Shown piece by piece: positions 51,301 to 63,384 of a stretch of DNA of 64,000 nucleotides (the first letter of the stretch is position 1; each line of letters opens with the position of its first letter). Both the position numbers and the translations under genes were made by a program. The stretch comes from Azolla caroliniana (Eukaryota > Plantae > Polypodiophyta): contig JBHGNT010000004.1 of assembly GCA_043228905.1 (NCBI GenBank), positions 12,400,001 through 12,464,000 of the forward strand, given 5' to 3'. The notes below the pieces were generated by a model. That model did not search any database. It saw only the letters and a program-made list of their open reading frames with translations, and had not been told where the DNA came from.

Positions 51301-54300
51301 TAGAGATAAAAGACTAGACAATATCGATGCAGTGACGTCAGAAGTATTGTATTTGAAGGACCGTATACATAAGATATTTTATAGACATGAGTCTATACAA
51401 TATCTTCGGCGAAGAAACAGAAGTAGACGTCCTATGGAAGAAGATCGACGTCATGTTTGAAAACAAGAATGTCGTGAATCGAGTCTCAGTATTTCGAAAA
51501 ATCGTGAGGCACTGTTATTAGGATGACTCCAGTATGGTGGAGCACATCAATGCCTTCCAAGGATTGATGAACCAAACCACCTCTCTAGAAGTACCTCTGG
51601 CCGACGAGATATTAGCGTTACTGTTGTTGGGATCCCTTCCGGACAGCTGGGAGACGCTCGTTGTCACTTTGGGCAACGCCAGGTTGGAAGGGACCACCCA
51701 GGTACAAAGCATGGATCATTGTGAAAGGTACAACGCCAGGTTGGAAGGGTGTCAATTTCGACGAAATATTTTCCCCGGTCGTAAAGATGACACGACGTCA
51801 TTCCAAACCGTGTTGAGCTTCGCGGCCAACATGGATCTCGAAGTCAAGCAATTGGATGTCAAGATGGTGTTTTTGCATAGTGATCTTGAAGAGGAGATCT
51901 ATATGCACCAGCCGGAAGGATTTGTAGGGAAAGGTAAAGAGAACCTTGTATGCCGATTAAGGAAGAGCTTGTACGGGTTGAAGCAAGCACCTCGGCAATG
52001 GTACCGAAAATTCGAATCCTACATGACCGACAACGGGTACCACAAAACGTAGGCTGATCATTGTGTATTTGTGAAGAAATTCAATGGAGGAGATTTCCTC
52101 ATCCTTCTGTTGTACGTGGATGACATGCCAATTGTCAGACGTGACCATATGAAGATCCAAGTGCTGAAGAAGGCCTTGAGCAGATCGTTTTCGATGAACG
52201 ATATGGGTCCGGCAGAGCAAATCCTAGGGATGCACATTGTTCGAGATTGAACAAGGAAATTGTTGTGGCTGTCACAAGTAAAATGCATGACAAAGGTGCT
52301 CTAGAGATTCGGCATGGAAAGCGTGAAACCGATCAACTCGACACGGTCGATGAACTACAAGCTAAGCAAAGAACAATGTCCGAAATCGAAAACCGAGAAA
52401 GCCGAGATGTCAAAGGTTCCTTATGCCTCGGCAGTCGGAAGCTTGATGTACGCGATGGTATGTACCAGGACGAACATAGGATACGCAGTCGGCGTGGTTA
52501 GCCGATATATGAGCAACTCTGGAAGAGAGCATTGGGTTGCCGTGAAGTGGATACTTCGGTACCTAAAAGGCACCTCGAACATGTGTCTCCATTTCGGTTC
52601 AGGTAACCCCACACCAGAAGGTTATACTGACTCAGACATGTCGGTTGATGTGGATACCAACCGATCCACGTCCGAGTATGTAATGACTTATGTAGGGGGA
52701 GCCATTTTGTGGTAGTCGAGGTTGTAGAAGGCTGTGGCGTTGTCGACCACCAAAGCCGAATATATGGCCATAGCGGAAGCCGGCAAGGAAATTATATGGA
52801 TGAAGGAGTTTATCGGTGAGCTGGGAATTCGGCAGGAGGAATTCCAACTCCATTGTGATAACCAAAGTGCCATCCACCTTGTGAAAAATGCCGCCTACCA
52901 CTCGAGGACCAAAAACATCCAGAGAAGATATCATTGGCTCCGAGAGCGAGTAGAATAAAAGGAGTTTGCTCTAGTGAAGATCCACACGGCCAAAAATGAA
53001 TCGGATATGCTGACGAAGGTGATGACAGTTGAAAAGCTAAACGTCTGCCGAAAGAGAGTCGGTTTGGTGAAGTACCCCATGCCAAAGTGAAGGGGGAGTT
53101 TGTTGGGAAATATGTCCCTCCAGATGGGAAGAGAAGGACCGTGTTGGTGAGTATCTCGGCCGAGGCCGAAACCGAAACCGAAACCGATTTGGAAGACTAT
53201 AATTGTAAATAGTCAAAAATGCCTCCTCGGGGCTATACTTGTAAATAGCTAGAAAGTTGCTTTGGTTTATAAGCAACTAGGGCAAACCTTATAGTTAGAG
53301 TTAGTTGATCATTATTTTAAAGTTAGAACAAGGTAGTTGCCTTTGTAATCGTGATTGAGAGAGTGAGAGTATAACTTTGTAGCTGTTTGTCAGACAAAGG
53401 AGAACTCGAGGTCCTTGCCTCTGAGTTCCGTATTTGTACTTCCTCTCTGCTATAGTGATCTAATTTTCTTGGGGTTTGTGGACCCCTGTGGTTTTTCCCA
53501 TTTCAGGTTTTCCATGTAAAATATCGGTGTCTCTGTGTCTGCATGTTTTTCGTCTGTGTACTAGCTCTTGGTTTTTGTGCACGAATACGAACGTTGTCAC
53601 AGTATTCTGCGAGTACGTGTAGGATCGAAGGCGGGACCACGGGCGTCTTGGACTAGGGAGTAGAGGGTACCGGGAGACTGACTCCCTCCACGACCGGCTA
53701 CACCTAAGTAGCACAAAACCGAAACATTACCGGTTTGGGTACAAGAGGCTACTAAACAGAAAAGAGGGCGAGATGGATAGAAAGAGAGAGAACATGCACG
53801 CACGCAACACTGACCTAACTCACGCCCATATGTACAAAAATGAAAGAAAGAGAACACTAAAGACACCCACACAAACACCGAACGTAGAACCTTCCACATG
53901 AAAATTTACAAGAACAAGATACAATACCGGCTTTGAGCCAGACCTAGGAAGCTCAGGATACAACAGTTGTCTACTGCCAAGCTGCCGATCGAGGAGCTCT
54001 CGGGCTCGTCGCGCCAAGCGGGGTCTTGCACGGGAGACAAGGACGAAACAGAACTGCTAGATGCTAGGACTCGCTCGCACAAGAAGACGAAGAAGAAGCA
54101 GAACTAGATGACACCCTAGGCAAGGGAAAATAAAGAGAAAGAAAACTTACTTCAAACCTAACGGTATACACTCCTAACACAAAACGGGCAACCCCTTTAC
54201 AAGGGACCCTCCCTTCCTTTTATAGAAGAAGGAGAGGGATGCGTTACAATGTGGGATAAATCCCGATTTACATGGGATTCTCTGTCCCGACTTGACTCTT

Positions 54301-57300
54301 ACTCGGCGCCATAAAGGCAACCCTATTATTCACACGTTTTTACAAGGGTAAGTGCACATGATGCACTCCGTCGATTCTTCTGATATTCCTTGGTTTCTCA
54401 CCATGGCCCGGAATCTTCACGACATCCGCCCCCATGAAACTGCACGTCCACCGGTACATGCCAAGCTCGGAGAAGGGTGAGAGATTCCGGCCAGTGAGGA
54501 ACCGGTTTTCCGTAATCTGCATTCCGGCTGCGCGTTGGCCTCGCCGGTCCGAACTGTCGGCTCCGGTTCCTCCTCCGTGTTTGCCTCCTTGTAAGCTTGT
54601 TCGACCCGTCGATAGGTCATTCGCCGCGATCCCGTAGTGCGCGTGCTTCCACGTTGGCCCTTCTTTCGACTGTATGCACACTTCTCGTCCCTTTAGATAC
54701 GCGGTGTCCTCCGTCCGAGGAGCACCCGTGATGGCCCGCTTGGCCTTCGTCGACCTTCGCGTTGTCCCGGTTCTTGTTCCGCACTGATCTCCACCGCCTT
54801 CATCCCCTCGCCGCCACCTACCTTCTCCTTGGTCTTATGTTGCCATAACAACCAAACTGCCAAGGTCTCCGGAACCAGTGTGGAAGATCCATCTCTGGCC
54901 TTCTACGTGAGATCACCTGGACCGGCGACCCATCTTCGCGCCTGTATTCCCGCTTTGGCACCTCTGTGTGCCGCACATCCGTTTCTCGTGTTCGGCTCCG
55001 CCCATGCCGAACTCCGGTTACTTCCCATGCACGCATCGTCGGCCCTCGCCCGGCCAGATTGTGCATCGCCACATCTCGGCGTACCAGTGCCCTCCACTTG
55101 GCCACTTTCGTCTTGCGTTGTTGCCACCGATTCAGAGCCTTCCGCTTGGCATCGTCCCCTCGCTCCCACCAGCTTGTTATCTTGGGTTTGGCTTGCCACG
55201 CTAGTAGTTGCCACTCCGACTGAGCCGCCGAGATCTCCCAAGCGGGTGTGGAGGATCATTCTCCGGCTCTCGATCCTGTTTCCAGTCTCCAATCCGTGTA
55301 GTCTATTACGCGCCCGTGCTCTCTCATTCCCGGCACCTCCGTGTGCCATCTTATGCCTTGTTCAGCACCGCCTGTGCCGAATGCCGTCCCGTACCTGTGC
55401 TTAACTTTAGCCCTTGATGGCCACTCGCACGTCTGTTGCTCCACTCCATGCTTGCCCCTCACCGGCTTTCCTCCAAAATCGTAACCTGCCGGTAAGGGTT
55501 CGGCCTTTCTCAACTCTGGTCTCGCCGGCTCCTAGTCCCTAAACCCTAAACCCTTCCCGAATCGTTGGTTCCCGTTTCTTGCTGCCACCATCCTTCTCAC
55601 TTTGTCTCACGTTGCCATGTCGGCTTGAATTGTCGGTGTCTCCGGATCGGTGTGAGGATCCCATAGGACCGTCTTCCTTTCTCTCCTCTCGTCTTCCGCG
55701 TTGTCTTCCGGCCAGTTTTAGGTGTGCCCTTTCCGGCTCGGCACACCGCTCCTTGACCGGGTGTCCCCGGAAGCTTACCAGAAAGATCACCCTCGCCGCT
55801 TTCCGACCCGCATGGCCTCCTTCGTTCGCATGACGCTTCGGCTATTTGGTGCTTCTGCTGTTGCCACCTTCGTCCCTTGCTACCACCTTCCATTACCCTT
55901 GGTCTCACGTTGCCACGTCGGCCGAATTGCTGGCGTCTCCGGATAGGTGTGAAGGATCCTTCTTGGGCCTCTGATTTGTTGGGTCAATGACTCGTGTACC
56001 GAGCGCATCCAATCTTTGTCTTGCCGACTCTGTCGGTCGGGTTCGTATCTAGTTTGTGGCCGCGTCACCGGCCTGATACCTCTTTCCGCTCTTTCGGCCC
56101 TTGCTTTGTCTGATCTCGTTCACTTGCCGCCATCGTCCTTCTCTCTAGGTCTCATGCCGGCTCTTGGGCCGACTGCCGGAGTCTCCGCATTAGTGGGAGG
56201 ATCATCGTAGGATCACCCATCCGCACTTCTACGCCGTATCTTGGGATCCCGTTCACTTACCGCCATCGTCCATCTCTCTAGGTCTCACGCCGACTCTCGG
56301 GCCGACCGCCAGAGTCTCCGAATCGGTGTGAGGATCGCCCCATCGCTTCCTTTACCCTCGTCCCCTTTCCGCCACCGTCAGTCTCTTGGTCTTACGTCGA
56401 ATCCGATGCCCACCACCGAAGGCTCTAGATCCAGTGTGAAGGATCCTCCTTGGGCCTCCCGTCTTTCTGACCCTATACCGGGTCTTCCTTCTCCGTGTGT
56501 TGAGAGGGTGGCTCACTCGACACCCTCTCCCGTGGTATCATGTACCATGTTCCGGCCTCTCCATAGGCCTGCTTCCTCCACCCTTCCGGATCGGTTATCC
56601 GGAAGTCCGCCCTACCCGGTTCTCGTCCGGGTCCGTCCGTCACTCTGCATTGCTGGGTCCCGTTCTCTTGCCGCCATCGTCAGTATCCTGGTCTTACGTC
56701 GCCTCCGTTGCCGATTGTCAAAGTCTCTAGCCTGGTGTGAGGTGACCCATAGGACCAGTCTTCGTTTCACCGCTTCCTGATCGGTTGTATTGGCCGTGAC
56801 TTCCGCGTCCTCGCCGTCACTTTCTGTCTCTTAGGTCTTCCGTTGGTTCTTGGACGCAACCACCTAAGTCTCGGGAACGAGTGTGGAGGAACCATACTTC
56901 AGTTTCCGCCATCGACCTCCTTCCTTGCGCTTCCCCACCATCTCCCTTCTCTTTCGGCCTCATGTTGCCACACCGGCTGAATTGCCGAAGTCTCTGGTCA
57001 AGATGTGGGGATACAGATTCCGTAATGACTACTGACGACTTGTCCCAGGCCACCGACCTTTTTAGTGGTGTCGGTGGAAACCATCCGCTCTATGATCGAT
57101 CAAGCCTCACCTGGCCTTAATTCTCCAATGTCCAGAGTTTTGGCTCTGATGTCGATCCCGCCGGACTCGTTTTGTACTCTCGATCATATTCACCCCGATT
57201 CCTGACCTTCTCCCGGTCGGTCTTTCTCCCCATGTAAAAGAGGGCGGCTCGTCTCGCACCCTCTCCCGTATGGGCACCTTCATACCGAACCTTGCCCTGG

Positions 57301-58154
57301 TCGAACGATCCACATCCGGATCGTGCTCCACCCGAATTGGAACGCCGACCAATCCGATCCCCGGTTGGGTCGACTTCTGATTCCACTCCTTTTGGTGCCG
57401 CCTCTCATTTCCCCTTTCTTCTCTGCCGCAGCTCCGTCCTCAACCTCCTTGCAGGCCATTTCCCATCCTTCTTCGTTGGCATCGTGCCAGGACTCCTCGC
57501 TGGCGCCTTCCTTCTATCCGGTCTTATGCCGGCACACGGGCTCGACTACCGAAGTCTCCGGAATCCGTGTGGAGGGCTCTTCTCCTCTCTCGACCTCCAC
57601 CTTGGCCAGTCTTTCTCCGCAAGTCGAGAGGGCGTCTCGCTCCACACCCTCTCCCGTGGTACCGTCATACCATTCCTCGGCCTCTGCCTAGCCGTTGTCT
57701 GCCTTGTCCAGAAGGCCGGCTTGCTCTGAGTCTTCGGAATCCGTCCGTGTGCTGGATCTCTCTTCTTCTTCAACCATCGCCTTCAGAGCCTCGTATGCTT
57801 CCCGGACCAAGGCTTCGACATCGAGCTTCGCCGATCCTTCTTGTTGCGTGCCCACTTCCTGCTGTGATGACACATCGTCGCGTGTTATCTTCCTTTTTCC
57901 TTTCGCGGACCGCTCCTCATCCAACTGTCGGCATACTCGTTCGACTTCCGACCAGTCCTCAGTAGCCATTCACTCTGTCATTGTCTTTGAGATCAATTCC
58001 GATGGCCTCCTGTTCTGCTCGGTTGATCGACCTAACGAACAACAAGACTTTGCTCCCGTTCCGAGAGCCGAGCAAGCCGCCACTCGAACTCTCGAAACGC
58101 CTTCATTGCGCTCCGGTGGGTCTTCGCCAATGCAACCCACTGGTCGAAGTCGCG

Positions 58155-58520
58155 TCATCCCTGGCTCTTCCGCCATCCTCCATATGCCTGCAGGAGCGCC
58201 TCTTCGATGGCCTCCCATGAACTATCAACTTCTCGAAGCTCCTTCATATCCACGTGCATACGGATGGCGACGACCCGACAGAAGAACTCCAGCCTCAACG
58301 CCTCATCTACGTCTCGCACCTCCATTTCTGCATTGTAGGCTTTCAAGTAGAATGAGACTTTATCCCCGTTGAAACGGCCGACTCTTTCGACCACTCGCTT
58401 AACAGCTTGCTGCATTGCTTCTCGCCTCATCACCACTCGTCCGAATTCCAACACCACTTCGGCCATCATCTCCGCGAAGTCATTGTCTTCCCACTCCATC
58501 ATCCCTTCCTGCCTTTTCAC
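58155..58520 (-). pseudogene. gag-like N-terminal ORF of element K
   Basis: VGRFNGDKVSFYLKAYNAEM...LEFF...SWEAIEEALLQAYG capsid-like pattern directly after the PBS. Confidence 0.6.
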
Positions 58521-58533
58521 GTCGGGTTCACCA
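58516..58533 (-). promoter_or_regulatory. PBS complementary to the 3' end of cytosolic tRNA-Trp
   Basis: Plus strand ttcacgtcgggttcacca matches the 3' 18 nt (with CCA) of plant tRNA-Trp(CCA) as recalled; 4 nt from the LTR. Confidence 0.75.
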
Positions 58534-60339
58534 AAGACGTCGCAATATTCCGCGAGTATGTGTAGGATCTAAGGCGGGACCGCGGGGGTCTTGGACTAGG
58601 GAGTAGAGGGTACCGGGAGACTAACTCCCTCTGCTACCGACCGCACCAGAATGGCACAAAACCGGAACGTTACCGGTTTGGGTACATGAGGCTACTGAAT
58701 AGAAAAGAGGGCGAGATGGATAGAGAAAGAGAGAACATGCATGCACGCAACACCGGCCTAACTCACGCCCTTATGTATAGAAACGAAAGAAAGAGAACAC
58801 TAAAGACCCCCACACAGACACCAAACGCAGAACCTTCCACATGTAAATTTACAAGAACAAGATACAATACCAGCTTCGGCCAGACCTAGGAAGCTCAGGA
58901 TACAACAGTTGTCTACTGCCAAGCCGCCAATCGGGGAGCTCTTGGGCTCGTCGTGCCGAGCGAGACAAGGCCAAAACAGAACCGCTAGATGTCAGGACTC
59001 GCTCGCACAAGACGACGAAGAAGAAGCAGAACTAGATGAAACCCTAGGTAAGGGAAAATATAGAGAAAGAAAAGTTACTTTGAACCTAACGGTATACACT
59101 CCTAACACAAAACGGGCAACCCCTCTACAAGGGACCCTCCCTTCCTTTTATAGAAGAAGGAGAGGGATGCGTTACAATGTGGGATAAATCCCGATTTACA
59201 TGGGATTCTCTGTTCCGACTTGACTCCTACTTGGCGCCATAAAGGCACCCCTATTGTTCACACGTTTTTACAAGGGTAAGTGCACATGATGCACTCCGCC
59301 GATTCTTCCGATATTCCCTGGTTTCTCACTATGGCCCAGAACCGGTCAATTCCTAATAGGTTTGACCCTAGATAGAGTCTATTCTTGATCTCTCTCATTA
59401 TCTCTAGATGATTATCCATAGTTTTATAGAGGTGGAAATGGAGGAAGATTGTGCTTCCATGACTTGTTGATTCCCACCATATGCAAATTTATGGCATGAA
59501 AAATCTATTCACCCGTTTAAGTATTCGACCTATTCAAGATCTACTAACTTATCTTCTATTTTATGTGATTGATCATGACATTTGTCCTATTCTACGTACT
59601 ACCAAAATAAGCTATACTAAGATGCAAATGAGCTGAAAACAAACAAGGAAATAGTTTAAGTGCTCCATTATCAAGAGAAAGACCATCGATGTGTGTATTT
59701 TTCTTGCTATAACTAGTTGGATCCATGAGGGATGGAAATGCTTCACCTTTCAAGGGAGCCTCAAATATAGCTTCACCTCTAGTTCTATGTTGATATTCTC
59801 CAATACATTGTGAAATGTTTGAGTTGCTCCTAGTCTCATCATAGAAAGCTTGATGTTGCTAGCTTTGTTTTTATGCTTGATTTCTGGTACTTAATATAAA
59901 AGTAAAAAGTACACTATCTTGATGCCATACGTGTTGATTTTTCATTAGCACAATGTCAATATAATGCCACAATGTCGCTAAGTAGTGCTCATCATCCATC
60001 AGGTCATGTCGAATCACCGCGATTTTTTTAAGGGGAGATCATAGAAGTAAATGATATGGTTTGGGGAAAGAGTGTGGGGTTATGTGGAATAGATACAAAA
60101 GAGGATGATATGAAATTGAATACTTTTACTACTTGAATATATCAATTTACACCACTTTAATGATAACACTTTAATCCTTTTGAGAGTGTTAAATATGTAT
60201 AGGGAGGGAGATTCAAACTCTCAATTGTTGGTTGATAATAGAAATATCTTGTGATAGGCTATTCAATTGTTTTCTTGTCACCTTCCTTTAAAAACCCAGA
60301 TTATATTAAGAACACTTACAATAATATTTAGATCAATTA

Positions 60340-61900
60340 GGTAAATACAAACCAACGGCAGCGCTAGAGTGTCATGGCACTGGTTAATGCAAATGTGGGC
60401 CTAGGGAGGACTCGGCCTCATAGACCCCTTAACGTAGAGCTGAGCACTGCTTGCAAAAATGGTAGTTCGATGCCTCCTACTATGTAAGGAGTGTTGGAAG
60501 GTAATATTTCACAATATGTTGCAATAAGCGACTCCCAAGTACGGTATGAACTAGAATGGAACTAGTGCTGCATGAACTTATTCCCACACAAGGTGTCCTA
60601 TCATCCGGAGGATAGGGTGACGAAGTCCATCTTGCGAGCATGGTGTCACATGCAACAACATTTGGTGAGGCACAACATGAATATACTAATCAAATGGACT
60701 CAACAACCATTATTTTGGAATTCACAAGTGCAAGCAAGTGACAACATGATCATAGAGCAGCTCAAGGGCATGGCATGGGAAAAGTTGGTGTAAACAGGGC
60801 TCCATTCTATATTAGATTGGAAATGCAAGGTGACTCTAGGGGGGGGCAGGGGAGGATCCAAGTCCTCCCATCAAAAGAGTTAAGAAAATGAGGAGATTGA
60901 TAGCAGAGGTGGTTGGCAGGTTCTGGTGGGGGATGTGACAGGAGATACATGGTTCGGTCTCTTCGATGAGGTTGGAACGGTTACTATGCTGACGAGCATG
61001 AGCGGATCTTGAGGGGCTACATTATTTGGGGAGAGCCAAAGTAGTGGCACCTAGCAGCTTATATGTGTGGAGGTGTAGCTTATATGAGTGGTGGTACAGG
61101 CTAACAATAGTTGGAAGACACACCCCGACGTTGTTAAGGTGGAACCCCACTAGAAGTTGTGGGTCTGGTAGTCACCCCCTCACGGAACTAGAACGGAACC
61201 CATGGGATTTCAAGTGGAAACATGGTGGCAGGTTGTGCCACTTCTTTGATTACAACATTAAATTGGGCCAATGTATATAATTGCAGTTGGAAGGTCCCCT
61301 ACACAATGGTTGGCGAACATTGGGCATGCTTCATGAGGTCCTTTGCGCATTCTAGAAGTGTCTCTGGCGTCTCCACGTGCCTGATAAGATCAAACTATTT
61401 TAGTGGCAGATCATCCATAAAGTGGTTCCCGAACTGGCGAATGGATAGGTAAACAAGGACGCTTGATAGCTTGCTCACTTTGCTCTGCACCTATCGAGAC
61501 TCTGAAACATTGTTTGTGGGATTACCCCCAAGCTTAAAGGATATGAGATAGGGTGACTCAAGTCCTACCTGCTTGCAAAGTACAAGGGACAACATCCTAC
61601 AGCGCGACGGCCTAGATCAATCCCTTGGTTGATGGCTGGATGAATGCCTTCAACACATGTAGCGAGTGCTATGAATGCACAAGAGATAAAATCGTCAAGA
61701 CCCGATTCAAGAAAGACTTGAAAAGCACATTCCCATGATCCCAGGATATTTGGATGTTGATCGTAGAGTTCACCCTTTGCTATGTGTGGAAATCTCGCAG
61801 CTTATAGGTCTTCCAAGATCTGGCACGCCCAAGGTGGAACTACCAGCCCACACTAGTTGTTTCCAACTCACCTCCCACCTTCCCTCCAATGAGGGTTAGG
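60340..61900 (+). mobile_element. Degenerate L1-type LINE ORF2 3' portion
   Basis: ARVSWHW...GGLGLIDP...ALLAK..VR..W at about 60360-60500; zf-RVT-like LWQIIHK...CSLCSAPIETLKHCLWD at about 61400-61525; VWKSR...VF at about 61790-61815. Many stops; ends approximate. Confidence 0.78.
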
Positions 61901-62289
61901 GGATCAAGCTCATGCTAACTAGCGATGGATTTGAAAATATGTTTATAGCTCTAGGTACCTACTTACATTAAGTAGAAAATACTTTCATATCGTATCCTTC
62001 AAGAATTGACGATGTTTTTTTTTATTTTTGCCCAATACTTTCATATCTCTTGTTGCGTCCTGATAGTTTCATCCCTATCTTGATGATCATTAAGGGGCAA
62101 TTCTAAACACCCTCCTTCCCCTTCCATTTGGCTTGACGGGTTTAAACCCTAATTTTCTCGAAAAAAAGACACATATTAAAGATGGCTATGGACAACCATA
62201 GTACACAAAAATATTCCACAATACACAAGATTATACAAAACAATACACAAGATAATCAATAGATAAAATAGTTATTCAAATCCAAGACC

Positions 62290-63065
62290 GAACAGTGGCA
62301 GTAATCCAGGGCCGAATAGTGGCCACAACTGACTGTAGAATGGCGGCAGTGGAGGAGTGACGGCAACAGAGAGTAGAATGGCTTCAATGGAGAAGGAGTG
62401 AACTCCTTCGGATTGAAAAGTGGCAGCAATACACGACCAAACAATAGCGCCAACTGAGTGTAGAATGATGGCAATGGATGAGTGAACTCCGTCAAATCGA
62501 AAAGTGGCAGCAATCCAAGACCGAACAGTAGCAGCAACTGAGTGTAGAATGATGGCAATGAGGAGTGAACTCCGTCAGATCGAACAGTGGCAGATGAAGC
62601 TTGGAACGCACAGTGATGACAACTGAGAGTAGAATGGCGTTAGTGGAAAAGGAGTTAACTCTGTCGGAACAAAAAGTGGCAACAATATACGACCGAACAG
62701 TAGCGGCAACTAATTGTAGAATGATGGCAATGGATGAGTGAACTCCGTCAAATCGAAAAGTGGCAGCAATCCAGGACCGAATAGTAGCAGCAACTCAGTG
62801 TAGAATGATGGGAGTGGAGGAGTGAACTCCATCAGATCGAACAGTGGCAGATGATGCTTGGAACGCACAGTGATGACAACTGAGAGTAGAATGGCGTTAG
62901 TGGAAAAGGAGTTAACTCCGTCGGATCGAAAAGTGGCAACAATATACAACCTTGATAGTAGCGGCAACTGAGTGTAGAGTGGAGGCAATGGAGTGAACTT
63001 GGTAGATGATGCTTGGACTAAACAGTGGTGGCAACTGAGTGTAGAATGGCGGCAATGGAGGAGTG
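62290..63065. repeat. Tandem array of 83-89-bp monomers with a ~257-bp higher-order period
   Basis: aactc landmarks near 62401, 62485, 62568, 62657, 62741, 62825 and 62914. Confidence 0.88.
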
Positions 63066-63384
63066 GACTCAACAGGGTTTAGCAACAGTGGTAGTAATCT
63101 AAGCCAGAATACTCAACTAGAGTTGGCCCACGTGATGTGGCAAAGGATCCTACATAATGGACCTAAAGCTTACAACAAGATGTAAGCCAATGACACCCAT
63201 AAAATCAGAAATCAAGCATATAATCATAATATTTTGGACTAATGAGAGTAGGGTTTCACCCAATAAGAAGGATTTATGCAGGAAACATGTTGGAAGGAGT
63301 CAATACGAGGAGCATCCCATTCATCTTCTTGATCTACCTCAAGTATTTACATTTATCTCAACATTTGTTTTGACTTTTGAGCTT

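Larger units (their letters stand above)
53595..59341 (-). mobile_element. Element K: non-autonomous LTR retrotransposon (gag N-terminus only, GC-rich interior) in the 3' LTR of G
   Basis: LTRs 53595-54424 and 58538-59341 (last ~11 nt lost); PPT gggggcgga next to 54425; PBS 58516-58533; no RT, RNH or INT motifs in any frame. Confidence 0.88.
47742..59358 (+). mobile_element. Element G: Ty1/copia (related to D), internally deleted; both LTRs interrupted (by J and K)
   Basis: 5' LTR 47742-47896 plus 50809-51168; PBS tggtatcagag at 51171; gag joined to RT at about 51690; RNH CDNQSAIHLVKN; PPT gaagggggag; 3' LTR 53101-53594 plus 59342-59358; TSD gattt/ggttt. Confidence 0.9.

Noticed and set aside
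54831-57580. CRISPR array or hammerhead retrozyme in element K
   Set aside because: The repeats are too degenerate, the spacers are irregular, there are no cas genes, the context is eukaryotic, and no CUGANGA/GAAA core was seen.
54340-58372. Many overlapping 60-225 aa ORFs in the K interior as genes, including a possible chromodomain near 54560-54740
   Set aside because: Expected from high GC content; no recognisable domains, and the chromodomain resemblance is too weak to call.
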